This document shows positions 49,864-62,507 of a stretch of DNA of 64,000 bases, piece after piece. Made by a program: the position numbers and the translations under genes. Each line of letters starts with the position of its first letter. Positions within the stretch are counted from its first letter, which is position 1. Source of the DNA: Camelus dromedarius. Its lineage: Eukaryota. The stretch is taken from assembly GCF_036321535.1 (NCBI RefSeq), contig NC_087437.1, positions 11,162,001-11,226,000 on the forward strand, given 5' to 3'. Below the pieces are notes generated by a model, which saw only the letters and a list, made by a program, of their open reading frames with translations, had not been told where the DNA came from and searched no databases.

Positions 49864-52443
49864 GTTTTCTTTTTTAATTGAAGTATCGTTGACTTACAAT
49901 ATTGTATTAATTTCAGGTATATAGCATAGTGATTTGATATTTTTACGTATTATGCACCATGCAAAGTTACTACAACATTATTGAGTATCTTCTCTGTGCT
50001 GTACACGACATCCTTGGTGACTTATAACCAGCAGGTCATACCTCTTAATCCCCTCAACTGTTTTGCCCATCCCCTCACTCTCTCCCTCTGGCAACCACCA
50101 GTTCACTGTATCTAGGAGTCTGTTTCTGTTTTGTTATATTTGTTTGTTTTGTGTTTTAGATTCCACATATCAATGAAAACATATGGTATTTGTCTTTCTC
50201 TGACTTGTTTCATTAGCATAATACCCTCTAGGTTCCTCCATGTTGTCACAAATGGCAAGATTCCATTCATTTTTATAGCTGAGTAATATTCCACTATATA
50301 TATGTATATATGTATATATCTACATGTCTTCATCCATTCATGTATCAGTGGACACTTAGGTTACTTCCATATTTTGACTATTGTAATCAATGCCACAGTT
50401 GAACATTAAGATGCATATATCTTTTCAAATTAGTGTTTTCATTTTCTTTGAATAAATATCTCCAAATGTAATTGCTGGATTGTGTGGTAGTTCTGTTTGT
50501 AATTCTTTGAGGAATCTCCATACTGTTTTCCATAGTGGCTGCACCAATTTACATTTCCACCAGCAGTTCACGAGGGTTCCTCTTTCTCCACATCCTCACC
50601 AGCACTTGTTATTTGTTGTCTTTTTGATAATAGCCATTCGGACAGGTGTGAGGTGATATCTCATTGTGGTTTTAGTTTGTATTTCCCTGATGATTAGTGA
50701 TGTTGAGCATCTTTTCATGTACCTGTTGGCCATTTGTATGTCATCTTTGGAAAAATGTCTATTCAGATCCTCTGACCATTTTTTGGTCAGGTTTTTTTTT
50801 TGTTGTTGTTGTTGAGTTGTCTGAGTTCTTGTATATTTTGGATATTAACTCTTTACTGAATATATTGTTTGTAAATATTTGCTCCCATTTACTAGATTGC
50901 CTTTTCATTTTGTTGATAGCTTCCTTTGCTGTATAAAAACTTTGAAATTTGATGTAGTCTCATTTGTTTGTTTTTGTTTCCCTTGCCTGAGCAGATCCCC
51001 AAAAATGTTACTAAAACTGAATCAAAGAGCATACTACCTATGTTTTCTCCTAAAAGATTTATGGTTTCAGGCCTTACATTTAAGTCTTTAATGCCTTTTG
51101 AGTTTATTTTTGTGTGTGTGGTGTGAGACAGTAGTCCAGTTTGAATCTTTTGCATCCAGTATTCCCAACACCATTTATTGAAGGGGCTGTCTTTCCCCCA
51201 TTGTATATTCTTGCCTCCTTTGTTAAAGATTAATTGACCATGGAAGCATGGGTTTATTTCTGGGCTCTCTATCCTGTTCCATTGATCTACATGTCTGTGT
51301 TTGTGCCAGTTCCATAGTGTTTTGATTTTTATAGCTTTATAGTATAGTCTGAAGTCAGGGTGCATGATACCTCCAGCTCTGATCTTTTTTCTCAATACTG
51401 CTTATGGCTATTCAGAGTGTATTTTTTTTCATTTCAGTTATTGTCATCTTCAGCTCTGATTGGCTCTTTTTAATTTATATTTATTATTATTATTTTTTGA
51501 TTGCTTCTCCTTTGTATTTTCTTACACTATGTTGAAGTTCTCACTGTGTTGCTCCATTCTTCTGCTGAATTTGGGGAGCATTTTTATTACTGTTGCTCTG
51601 AACTCTTTATCAACTGAATTACTTATTTTCGTATCATTAAGATTTCCTCTTAGGGTTTTATTTTGTTCTTTCGTTTAGAACAAATTACTTGATCTTCTCA
51701 TTTTGTTTGACTTTCTGTGTTTGTTTCTATAAATGAGATGAAACAGTTACCTGTCCTGGTCTTGAGGTCGTGGCTGTGTGCAGAGCATCCCTACACAGAC
51801 TGCCTGTGCCTGGCAGCTTCGGCGTGAGGCTGGCACTGGGACTGGGTGTGGGCTGGGGCATTTCCCAAGGCAGGCAGCAGGCTGCCAGCTCATTGGGAGG
51901 ACTGGAGCTTGATCTGGGCATGGGCTCGGGGGCTGCTGAGGCAGTCTTGGCAGGACGACGAGAGCCCCAGATGATTTTCAATCTGCTGCCTTTGCGCTAG
52001 GACTTGGGGTGAGTGACTTTGTGTGTGACCCCTTTGAGAATGGCGTCTCAGTTTCCTCCAGCCCCCAGGCTCTCCTGGATGTAAACCGCACTGGTTTTCA
52101 AAGCCAGTTATGGAGGTCCGTCTTTCTGATGCTGGACCCTGTGCCCCAGGTGCCCAGTTCGGAGCCAGAACCCCTCGCTCCTTAAGGAGGACCTCTGAGG
52201 TTGTGATATCCCCTCCTGTTTGTCAGTTGCTGTGCCGGGGGTGTGGGTCCTGACTAGATTGTGTCTCTGCCCCTCCTGCGGGTCTCAGTGTGGTTTATTC
52301 TTAGTATCTTTAGTTGTAGCGGAGCCTCTCTGCTAGTCTGCAGGTCCTCCGCAGAGAGGCTTGTCCTGTGCACAGCTGTGCTGGTGTGTCCACGGGAGGA
52401 GGTGAGCTCAAGATCTTCCTCCTCCGATACCTTCATCTCCTCT
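49864..52443 (-). mobile_element. Internally deleted L1 (5' UTR, ORF1 piece, ORF2 3' part, 3' UTR)
   Basis: ORF2 peptide GGIMHPDFRLYYKA...DQWNRIESPEINP...IQWGKDSPFNKWCW; 5' end resembles the L1 start at 62508; imperfect TSD gggagtagattct / gggaatagcttct. Confidence 0.9.
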
Positions 52444-53054
52444 GGGAATAGCTTCTTGAATTGAGAATCTGTTATGAAATAATGATTTGAAATTAAAGAA
52501 TTAAAACACTCAGTGTTGGTGTGGATTGGAGAAATAGGCACTTCCATGCCCTGCACGTGGAAACGTACTTCCTGACAGCCTTTTCTGGAGCCGAGCTCCA
52601 CATCAGTATGTACATCCCTTTTGGCCCAGCAGCTCTACCTTTAGGCACTTATCCTAAGCAGGTATTTAAACAGGTACAGAAAGATACAAAGATAGATGTA
52701 TGTGAGTACACCCCCCTCACATACATGTATGTCTATAATAATAAAATAATAGAAGCAACCTTAGTTTCTAATAAGTGAACATTAAGATTCCTCAATAAAT
52801 TAGGATTTGCTCATATAATAGGATACTGGACAACTGTTTAAATATTATTGTCCATTTATACTTACTGACATGTAAAGAAGTGAATGATAAAGTTGTACCA
52901 GTTACAGATATTTAGCCTTGAACTCAGGAAGGTGAAAACACGCAACACTTTTGAAAAATAACTCAACTTTATCTTGGCTTTGAGCCTTCATCTCACCAAC
53001 TTTAAACAATTTCGCCACTGATTATTTTCCTCAAACACTGAAGTGTTTTCTCAG

Positions 53055-53171
53055 CCATTTCAGATTTGAAGGTGGTAAATTCTGAGGACAAGGGAAAAGT
53101 AGAAGGAAAAGCACAGGCGTGATCAGTATGAAATTCTGAGTGGCAGACCTGGTTGGTAGATGGAGGATTGG
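53055..53171 (+). pseudogene. Fossil exon 8
   Basis: Acceptor tgttttctcag; 117 nt; phase-2 frame HFRFEGGKF*GQGKSRRKSTGVISMKF*VADLVGRWRI(G); strong donor TGG|GTGAGG. Confidence 0.5.
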
Positions 53172-53619
53172 GTGAGGCACGATTTAGGGTGAGACACACA
53201 GAGTATTATATTTTATTTTTAACCTGGGTTTTGGGTGCACAGGGACTAATTTTAGTAATAATTTTTGCAGAAGCCAGGCTGCAGGGAGTTGAGGGCATGA
53301 ATATGGAGACCATGAACCTAAACCACTTTTTCAAGAGAAAAAAATCAATGGCCGAGGGGCTCATGGTCAAGGGAAGGTTGTCTTGCCGTGGAGGGGCACT
53401 GTCTCAGGGCTGGAAGGAGCTTGCAGTGGGAGTTGCCAGAAGGACCTTCAGGAGGCGACTCTGAGCTGCTGCTGGAGGAGGCAGCCTGGGAAAGCGGTAG
53501 AGACATTTGTGGTGAGTGGAAGTGCCGTCCTTACTGCTGTGCGAGATTTGGAGGGAATCAATGCAAATCCTGAGCACAAAATTCCTAATTTTTATATAGT
53601 AAGGCTTACCAAAATTTTC

Positions 53620-54463
53620 CTCTAGAATGAGCAGATTTCATCTTACTTAAGAAATCTTTTCCAGATCTGAGGCTGTAAATTGACTTTTCTGCATGGTCTT
53701 CTGTATGTTTTCTAGTTTTGCTTTTATCATTTAAGTCTTTCATTGAGCTAGAATTGACTTTCCTGTATAGTGTGTGGCAGTGACCTGATTTCACTTTATT
53801 CATTGGATTTATTTCCAGCAGCATTTATTAAATAGCCCATCCTTTCCCCACTAACTTGCATGGTCATTTCTAGTCTCTCCTCTGTTCCGTTGGTCTGTTG
53901 GTTCAGCTTGTTCTATCAAGGTTAAAGGCCATGCACATTTTATACTACCCTGACTTAGGTAATGTATGTTTGCTATTATAAGCCCTATTCATGTGGACAG
54001 CTTATCTGTAGATGTGGATGGAAGTTGAATTTTATTAGATGCTTTTGGATGCTTTTGATGTAACTATTGAGACAAACATGATTTTTCTTTTTTCATAGTA
54101 TAGTGTAGCAAATTACATTAATTTGATTTTGGAATTTTAAACCAACTTATTGCATCCTGGGATATATCCAATTTGTCATTGTAAACTGTCTTTCTTATAC
54201 ATTGTTGGATTTGGATTATTAATATTTCACGTGGGATTTTAGCATCTATTTTGACAAATTTTCCCTCTCTTACTGCCCTTCTCAGATTTCTGTATCAAGG
54301 TTATGCCAGTCTCTAGAAATGAGTTGTGGAGAATTCCTTCTTTTTCTTCTTCCTGAAAAATTTTGTGTAAGATTTCCATGATCTATTCTTTGAAACATGA
54401 AAGAATTTGTCAAAAAAGTTTGGGGGCCTGATATTTTCTTCCCAGGAATGTCTTTTCTTTCCT

Positions 54464-54543
<80 letters not shown>

Positions 54544-56300
54544 TTTTAAATAGGTTTAGAGGGTTTTTAGTTCTTGTTGGATTAGTGCTGGTAAGTTTTA
54601 TCTTAGTGATGTACTCATCTCAAATTTCCAATTTATTGGCATAAAATTATTTATAATATCCTCTCATCTGTTTAATTCCTGCAGCATCTGTAGTTAAGTG
54701 TTCTATTTCATTCTTGAAATTATTTATCTTTGTCTTCTTTTTTCTTGGCTAGGCTTGACAGACGTTTGTCTATTTTAGTATCTTTTCAAAGAACTGATTT
54801 TTAGTTTGTTGTTTCCTTCTCTCTATATCTATATATATCTGGATCTAGATATATAGAGATATATATGGAACAAAAGTGGAAAAGTTACATAACATATATT
54901 TATATTATATATACAAATGTATAATACACATATGTTCCATTTTACCTCATTCCATTTTTCCCTTCTGTTTAGAAGTTTTAGGTTTTATGTATATTATTTT
55001 GGTGGTTACCGTTTATATTTTAACATGCCTATTTAACACAGTCTAAAAGTTTGTATATATTTTTGCCCTCTTCCTGACAATATACATTGGTCATAGAATA
55101 TAATAATACTGGTCATCTTCTCTCATTTTATATGTTACTGTTTTTCAGCGTTTTAGTTTTGTCCTGCCTTCTCTCTCGTTATCCATTATTATTATTGCTT
55201 TAAGCAGTTCATGTTTGTTTAGATTTCCTCACATATTTGCTCATATCTTTGACCACTCTCTTGAGTCTCAGATCTTGGATCTGTTTCCTTAGGTCTGAAG
55301 TACATCTTTTAGAATTTTCTTTATCAAAGGTCTGTTGGTGGTGAACTCATTCAGTTTTTGACCTTAATTCTTTCAAGAGACTGACTTTAATTCTTCCTTT
55401 TTTTGAAAGAAGCTTTTTGGGTATAAAAACCTAAGATGACATTTATTCTCTTTATGCACATTAAATATGTTGTTTCATTGTCTTTCAGCTTTCATTTTTG
55501 CTCCTGTGAATTCAACTATAATTGTCATTCCTGTGTAGATGATTACTTTTCTTCCTTTTTATGATATTCTGTTTTTCCTTGGTGTTCTGAAACTTCACTG
55601 ATTGGTCTCAGTGAGAATTTCTAAAAACAAAAACCCTTGTTGTGAGGATTGCTGACTTTCACCAATTCTGCAAAATTCCCAGTCATGGCTTCTTTGAACA
55701 GCACCTCCTCCTATGTCTCTATTATTCCTCATGAGACTCTGGTTGGACATAGGTTGGACCCTTTTATGTTCTCTATGTCTTCAAACCTCTATTTTTATAT
55801 TTTGATCTCATTGTCTCTCTGGGATGCATCCTGGTTCATATTTTCAAAGTTGTCATTTTCCTTAAACCCAGAAAACACAGTTACTTTTCATTTTGTATTA
55901 TATTGTTCCAATAGCTGAAGTCTTTGTGGCATTAACTACCTGGTCTGTTGTTTTTCCTGGCTCTCACTCATGGTACATTGTTTCTCTGTGTTTTGTACTT
56001 TTATACTGGGAGCTGTTCGTTTTCCTTGAAATTTTATGGTAATTTTTTGAGGCCTGGGATGATGGTGTTACTCCAGTGAGGGTTTGTGTTTGCTTCTACA
56101 TTTGCCTTAGCATATTGCTAATCCTGGGCTGACTTTCAATGTAATTCTGTACTTGAGGGGGGTTTGTGTTTGTGTGCATCACATATTCAGTGTGAATTTG
56201 GACCACAAAGCTATGTGAGAGCTGGTCTGTGGTAGTGAATTTTTTAAAAATCTAAAAAATTTTAGGCAGATAAGGATGAAACAAGCAAGTTTGCTTTATT
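53620..56300 (-). mobile_element. Old L1 (L1M) ORF2/ORF1 remnants
   Basis: T-rich reverse L1 motifs (ttccagcagcatttattaaatag, gtatcaaggttatgc, tctgttggtggtgaactc). Confidence 0.65.
54453..54546. repeat. (TTTC)n microsatellite
   Basis: About 20 tandem TTTC units. Confidence 0.95.
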
Positions 56301-56521
56301 CTCTGTTTATTTGCACTGAAGGATGTAGTTAGGCCCTTTACTTGGGTGGCCCTGGAGGTTTCCTCTCTTGTCTGCATCCCTATAGCTTTGAGCACCAAGG
56401 CTTTCTTTCCATTTAGGCTGTTGCTTCAATTCAAATGTTTATTATCTTTCTCGAGTACTACTATAATCGCTGCTTTGTTTCTTGGTCCAAGCCTTTCCCC
56501 CTCTTATTTTTATACTGCTCT

Positions 56522-57056
56522 TGCTACTGAGTCCAAACTCATTCTGCTTACTGCACGACAGGCCAGTGAATTGAGAGATGAGTTGTTGGAACAAGGAATA
56601 GCAACTTTATTTGGAAAGCTGGCAGACCAAGAAGATGGCAGAGTAATGTCCTGGAGAACCATCTTCCCCAAGTCAGAGTTCAGGCTCCTTTTATACTAGA
56701 AAAGGGAGGAGTGTGGTTGGTTGTTGCAAACTTCTTGGTGCAGGAATTCTTTGTTCTTGGAATCCTTCGTTCTTGAAGCTGTCCACGTGGGTCAGGTCAT
56801 GGTGCCCCTGTAAACCTCTAACAAAACAAACGTTATTTTCTATTCTGCAACTTATTATCTTTATATGAGTGCAAAAGTGTTAATATCTAAGGGTTAGAGC
56901 CTTGAGAATAGGCTGTCCTGTATATTTCAGGCTATAGGAAACATTATTTTACAAAAGGTGTAGAACTAGCAACACTAAGCACCAGAAACAGAGCACAGGG
57001 TTAAAGCCAAAGAAACAGATCTAACATGGAGTCAGATTTGTTCTTTTCTATTAACA
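56522..57056 (-). mobile_element. ERV1 solo LTR (LTR39/MER34-like) inserted in an L2
   Basis: TG...CA termini, near-TSD ctct/ctgt, minus-strand AATAAA (ctttatt), catggagtcaga near the end. Confidence 0.75.
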
Positions 57057-57863
57057 CTGTCAGAGTGATCTTTCTAAAAAATATAATGGCTAATATGATC
57101 ATCAGACAGACAGAGAAGAAACATTCGACTTGCAAGGCACTTCACAACTGTCTGTAGGCTGCAGCTGGAGTCTCCCCTCATCCACGGCAAAATCTCCAGC
57201 CCCTTATCTACCCTGTGTGTTCTATACTCAAGCCACGTAAGATTGTTTATCATTTTCTAAATAACCTTGAGCATCTTCTTGCTTTGCACATGCTGTGATT
57301 CCATCTAGGACACCTCCGAACCTCATGACTGGGACTAGGGTGAAGCAAGTGAGGTCTAGGCTGCAGAATTTAAGGAGACAGAGGCTCATGCAGGTGCTAT
57401 ACTGCTTCTGCCTAATGAACCACCCGATGAAGATGTCAGAGTCAAGCCCATGTGTCACCTGTTCGCCTTCCTACAAAAGGAACGTAGACTGTGCTAAATG
57501 CCACATTGCATGAGGACAGGAAGCACATCTGTGTGGCAGCATCACCAGTCTCTAGAACAGTACCCGGTGCATAGTAGGTGCTCAATTAGTATTTGGTGAA
57601 TGAATGAGTAAGTAGGATCCGAGTTTCTCGGTGGCAGAGAGTAAGTCACATTCCTCTGTTTCCTGCCACCTTATAATTCATTCATGCTGGATCCCTGAGA
57701 GATGTTTGTTACTTGAACAGGTGGAGGGAGGGTCTGTTTACTCCCTCCAGGCCTGGGAAGTTTCTGAGTGGGCTCTACTCCTGTGACTCACACATTGTCT
57801 GCTTGTTTACAGCGCCTTCCTCTTGATGTTTTTAAATTTTTAAAAATTTTTAAATTTGGGGGG

Positions 57864-57941
57864 TCTTTTTTTGGGTGGGGAGAGTAATTAGGTTTATTTA
57901 TTTACAGATGGAGGTACTGGGGATTGAACCTAGGACCTTGC
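57864..57941 (-). mobile_element. 5'-truncated Vic-1-type SINE
   Basis: gtaattaggtttatttatt...ggaggtactggggattgaacctaggacc; A-box half missing. Confidence 0.8.
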
Positions 57942-57963
57942 GTCTCGTGCTGTTTCATGGCAG

Positions 57964-58699
57964 GGTGTGGGTACGGCGAGGCTGAGACTGTACAAGCTGG
58001 CTGGCCGTCAGATCACTTGGAAGATTTTAAGATCTACGTGAATTCTTGAACCCCTTTCCCAGAGTCTCTTTCTCCATTTTTCTGAGGCAAAATCCGGGAG
58101 TCTCCACTTTTACCAAATCACTGTGTGGTTCTGGTAACCAGTCAAGTGTGGGCAGCGCAACACCACAGCACCAACAGTCTAACTTTAATTTTCTAAACAT
58201 TCGCTTGAGTTCTAACAGAATAGTGATAGCCACAGAGATTTCAGAATCCCTAATGTCTTACAAATACTTACACATCTGCAAATGCTTCTTAAACATGCCA
58301 CGAGACATCGCAGAGTATGGAGTAGGAGGAGAAGACACGGCCATGGATAATACTTGTGTGGTTCAAATCTGATCTCTGTTTCCATCTTTGGGAGGATTCT
58401 CATGCCATCCCAGGTGATACCATCCTCAGTGGATGGACTGGAGAGTGTTGGCCAGTGAAGAGAGGAGGAAAAAGTTGGAAGTTAAGATAATTCCAGTTCC
58501 TACAGAAAATAACTTCCTCCTCAGAGAATGAATTCCACAAATAACTGAGATTGCTGATGGAATATTTCAAATATCTGAAGGAGAAACACAGATATCCAGT
58601 GTGACTCTCGACCCCACAGGGGTGTTTCGATCTGAGAGGCATCTTGCTGGCGTTTGGAAATAGTAGCTGTCACAGACGCACCACATTCAAAGACGTTAA
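57964..58699 (+). pseudogene. Fossil exon 9 (large terminal exon)
   Basis: Acceptor ctgtttcatggcag. The phase-2 frame needs no frameshift for ~232 codons (VWVRRG*DCTSW...EFLNPFPRVSFSIFLRQNPG...YHPQWMDWRVLASEERRKKLEVKIIPVPTENNFLLRE*IPQITEIADGIFQISEGETQ...), with 5 internal stops before TAG TAG at 58661. Confidence 0.55.
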
Positions 58700-59224
58700 A
58701 AATAATCCACCCCCTGAGAAGTAAACACCTAACCTCAGCCATTAGGAATTCCCAGTGAGAGACAGAAATAGCTCCTGTAGTTCCTGTTGCTTTTTCATTT
58801 CTGTCTCTACCATTTCATTATTCATCATTGCTGAGCAGTTTACTTGGTCTGTTTATTTAAAATGTGATTCCAGACGACAGGCAGCCGCCCCACTGTTCCC
58901 TTGTCTCCGCCCTGAGAAACAGAAATTATATAACTTGTTTTCAATTGTGCAGCCTGGGGAGGATTCACATGTTGGGCTTGGTGAGCTTCCAGGAAATAAT
59001 TTTAAGTGTTTATCTAAAGTTTTATTCAGACTTTCTTGATCTCGAAGTTAGACGGGAAACCTCGCAGAGAATTGAGAGAAACGAGGCTGGGGGGGGGGGG
59101 CTCCAAGTGGAGCCGGCAGGGCTGAACTTGACACCGCATGGCGGTCACAACCTTGGGAAGCCGGAGGCTCGATTCCAGGGCTTATGTGGCTTTGAAGCTG
59201 CATGAGTGTCAGTGGCCGCTACCA

Positions 59225-59720
59225 TTTACTGTTGCTGGCTGTAGCTGTGTCACAAACTGCCCTAACATGTCATGGCATAAGCTTGTGATTTTGTGGTCAG
59301 GAATCTGGAAAGGGCTCAGCGGGGTGGCTCTCGTGCAGGTCGCAGTCTGATGTTTGTCCTCCGAAGGCTTTACTGGGCTAGGTGTCTGCCTCGCCAGAGG
59401 GCTGGCTCCCTCACGTGGCTGACAGGCTGTTGTCTGTGCCCTGGGAGCTCTCTGGGGTTGTTCCCTGGAGCACCTCCATGTGTCCTCTGCATCGTGATGA
59501 GCTTGGGTTCGTCAGACTTCCTACGTGGGAGCTGACTTCTCCCAGAGCAAGTGTCCCAAGAGAGCCAGGCAGAAGATGATATCCTTTCCTGGCCCAGCCA
59601 TGGAGAGCATTTCCATTGCCCTCTGTGGGCCAAAGCAGTCACAGGTCCACCCAGACTCAGTGGGAGAAGACATGTGCCTCACCTCTTACTGGAAGGAGTG
59701 GGAAGGAGTTTGTGGCCACT
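59225..59720 (-). mobile_element. MaLR LTR (old MLT1)
   Basis: gctgtgtcacaaactgccctaa...ggtcaggaatctggaaagggctcagc...aaagcagtcacaggtccacccagactcag. Confidence 0.7.
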
Positions 59721-59769
59721 GGGGAAAAAAAACCCATTCACGTAAAAACCAGACATTAAATAAAACATA

Positions 59770-59930
59770 CAGCTTACTTAATCCTCACAAAACCACTCTG
59801 AGGTAGGTACTACTATTATTCAGGTTTTTTGGAGAGGAAATCTAGGTTCAGGGAGGTTAAGTAATTTGCCCTCAGTCACACAGCTAGTAAATGGTGGAGG
59901 TGGTCTGTGAACCTACAACCATCTATAGTC
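59770..59930 (-). mobile_element. MIR SINE
   Basis: ttaatcctcacaaaaccactctgaggtaggtactactatt...gaggttaagtaatttgccc...gtcacacagctagtaaatgg. Confidence 0.85.
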
Positions 59931-60929
59931 ACATGTTTGCTGCCTCTCTTAAGTTGTATAGTGTTTTAAAGGCTCAAACTTTGTCTCAAATCTGAATCGT
60001 TGCAGCTGTTCTAGGCAACTGGAAAATTCCACCCAGTATAGCGTCTTAGTACATGAAGTGCCAATTTGGGTATCCTGTTAGTGCATTTGAAATGAGGAGC
60101 ATTCATTTGAGGAGGTGGTCCTTTGCCCTTAGGTAGAGAAGTGTTCAGCCCCTTATCTGGAGAGGGAATCTGGGCTGTATGACTCAAGTAGTCCAAGACA
60201 AGATTAGAATCTTGTGTGATACTGGGGGAGGAGAGGGGAGGTTACGGGGACTCCTCTGAGGCTAATAAAGGTGAAGCAGGTGTGATCATTGCAGGAGGAG
60301 GGCCCTGCAGCAAAGATGTGAACTGGTTGTTGTCCTGTCCAGTGTGAACCATGTCAGGTGTCCACATGGACAGATGGACAGATACGCCAAGTAGACACAT
60401 CAAACCACAGAGAGTGTTTGGGGGTCTACCTGGCTGAGAGCAGATGCTGTCCTGAAGGACTCAGAGATAGGCAGGCCCTGGTTGAGAGGGGAGGAGGGCA
60501 GAGCTTGACCCTCAGAGAAGGGCAGTGAGCAGACATCAGGGGAGGGCCCCACAGAGCGCCTGTTATGGGAAGCATGGAGGCTGGAGGGTAAAGACCTTAG
60601 GGAAGTAATTCTCCTTTTCTTCCTCAATCTTTCCCTCTCTTCTTTCCACAAAGGTTTATGGAGTATTTGTGGATTGCATCCTGGGCCCTGGAAACAGAGT
60701 GATGACCTTGATAGACATCTTCGCCCTCAAGGAGCTTGGAGCCTAGGTGGGGGAGTAGAACCATTAAATTAATAATTACTCAACTAATACCCAGTAACCC
60801 TAGTGGTACGTTTTGGCAGCGACTTCTAATTTCCCCCTCCCCATCCACTCTCCTCTTCTTTTTAGCAATGACAGAGTAGCTCTTGCCCTAAAGGAATCCA
60901 GTAGTTGTATGAAAGAGTATAGTGTGAAA

Positions 60930-61828
60930 CCACAGTGAGACCACTGCACACCTATCAGAATGGCCAGAATCCAGAACTGACAACATCAAACTGGCAGGGA
61001 TGTGGAGCAAAAGGATCTCTCAGTCATTGCTGCTGGAAGTGCAAATTGTACAGCCACTTTGGAAGAGAGTTTGGTGTTGTTGTTTTTTTTTTTTTTAACA
61101 AAATTAAACATACTTTTACTATATGATCCAGCAATCATACCCCTTGGTATTTATATAAAAGCATTGAAAACTATGTCCACACAAAACCCTGCACACGAAT
61201 GTTTCTAGTAGCTTAACTTATAATTACTAAACCTTGGGAGCAACCAAAATACCCTTCAGTAGGTGAATGGATAAATGAACTGTGGTACATCCAGACAATG
61301 GAATATTATTTGGTACCAAAAAGAAATGAGTTATCAGGCCATGAAAGGCCTTAAATGCATATGACTAAGTGAAAGAAACCATTATGAAAAAGCTATGCAC
61401 TGTGTGATGCCAACTACATGACATTCTGGAAAAGGAAACTATGGAGACAGTAAGAAGATCAGTGGTTGTCGGCGGTCAAAGGGGTGGGGAGGGGTGGATG
61501 GGTGGAGCACGGGGAATTTTTAGGGCAGTGAAACTGTTCTATATGATACTGTAGTGATGGATACATGTCATTATACATTTGTCTAAATCCACAGAATGTA
61601 CAACACCAAGAGTGATCCGGAATGTAAACTGTGGACTTTGAGTGACCGTGATGTGTCGCTGTAGGTTCATCGCTTGTAACAAATGTCTCACTCCAGTGGG
61701 GGATGTTGGTAGCAGGCGAGGTGATTCATGTGTCAGGGCAGAAGGTATGTGGGACATCTGCACCTTCTGTTCAGTGTTGCTGTGAACCTAAACTGCTCTA
61801 AAAAATAAAGTCTACTGAAAAAAAAAAG
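60930..61828 (+). mobile_element. L1MC-like 3' end
   Basis: ORF2 end (YDPAIIPLGIY), L1MC 3' UTR (acagaatgtacaacaccaagagtg), aataaa and poly-A. Confidence 0.85.
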
Positions 61829-62027
61829 GCACAGTGTGCTATATGGCCAGGTGACTAGTAAGGCTACCTGATTAAAGGCTGGTTAGGACCAGCAGGTTCT
61901 GGTGGAAACAAATAAAGAGTTGGCAAAAACTACACATTTGCACAGTTTGTAGTTGTTTCTTTTACTACTGGCTTTACAATGTTCTTTGGCCAAGCCCTTT
62001 TCTTGCAGACCCCCAAAAAGCCTGGAA

Positions 62028-62214
62028 TAGGGTTTCCAGATAAAATACAGAGGGTCCAGTCAAATTTGTATTTCAGACAAACAGTGAATGTTTTATAGTA
62101 TAAATGTTCCATGCAATATTTGGGGCACACTTATACTAAATTTTTTTCTTTTGTTTACCTGAGTTCAAATTTAACTGGGCCTCCTATATTTTTATTTGCT
62201 GAGTCTGGCAAACT
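62028..62214. mobile_element. MER53-like palindromic hAT MITE
   Basis: tagggtttccagataaaatacag...ccagtcaaatttgtatttcag pairs with ctgagttcaaatttaactggg...tctggcaa. Confidence 0.8.
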
Positions 62215-62507
62215 GAGCCTGGACTCAAGTCCCTGTGGGGCTCAAGGAGCTAAATCCTTACTTCTTGAGGTCTTTATATCCACAATGCCTGGCACATAGA
62301 AGGAACTCAATACATGATTAATTTAGCCTCTGAGATGAATAACGGTAAGTCTCTAAACATCATCTGAAATGTGAAACCAATGGAGGGTCAAAACTGTACT
62401 CTCTTTCAATAGTTTTAATTTGCCGTGATCAAAAATGCTTAGAGTTTTGATTTGTCCACACATTTTCTGAGATTATCTGTCAGTTTAGATGATCTTTAAA
62501 AAAGTAG

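Larger units (their letters stand above)
25815..58699 (+). pseudogene. Putative multi-exon unitary pseudogene of an unrecognised secreted Cys-containing protein (9 exon remnants)
   Basis: CpG promoter, a signal-peptide-like first exon and eight further AG/GT-bounded unique islands with mostly compatible phases; 17 in-frame stops (10 TGA). See individual exons. Confidence 0.55.

Noticed and set aside
50892..51395. 167-aa ORF as a host gene
   Set aside because: L1 ORF2 fragment.
54820..54868. AT-rich imperfect palindrome
   Set aside because: Explained by degenerate (TA)n low-complexity sequence.
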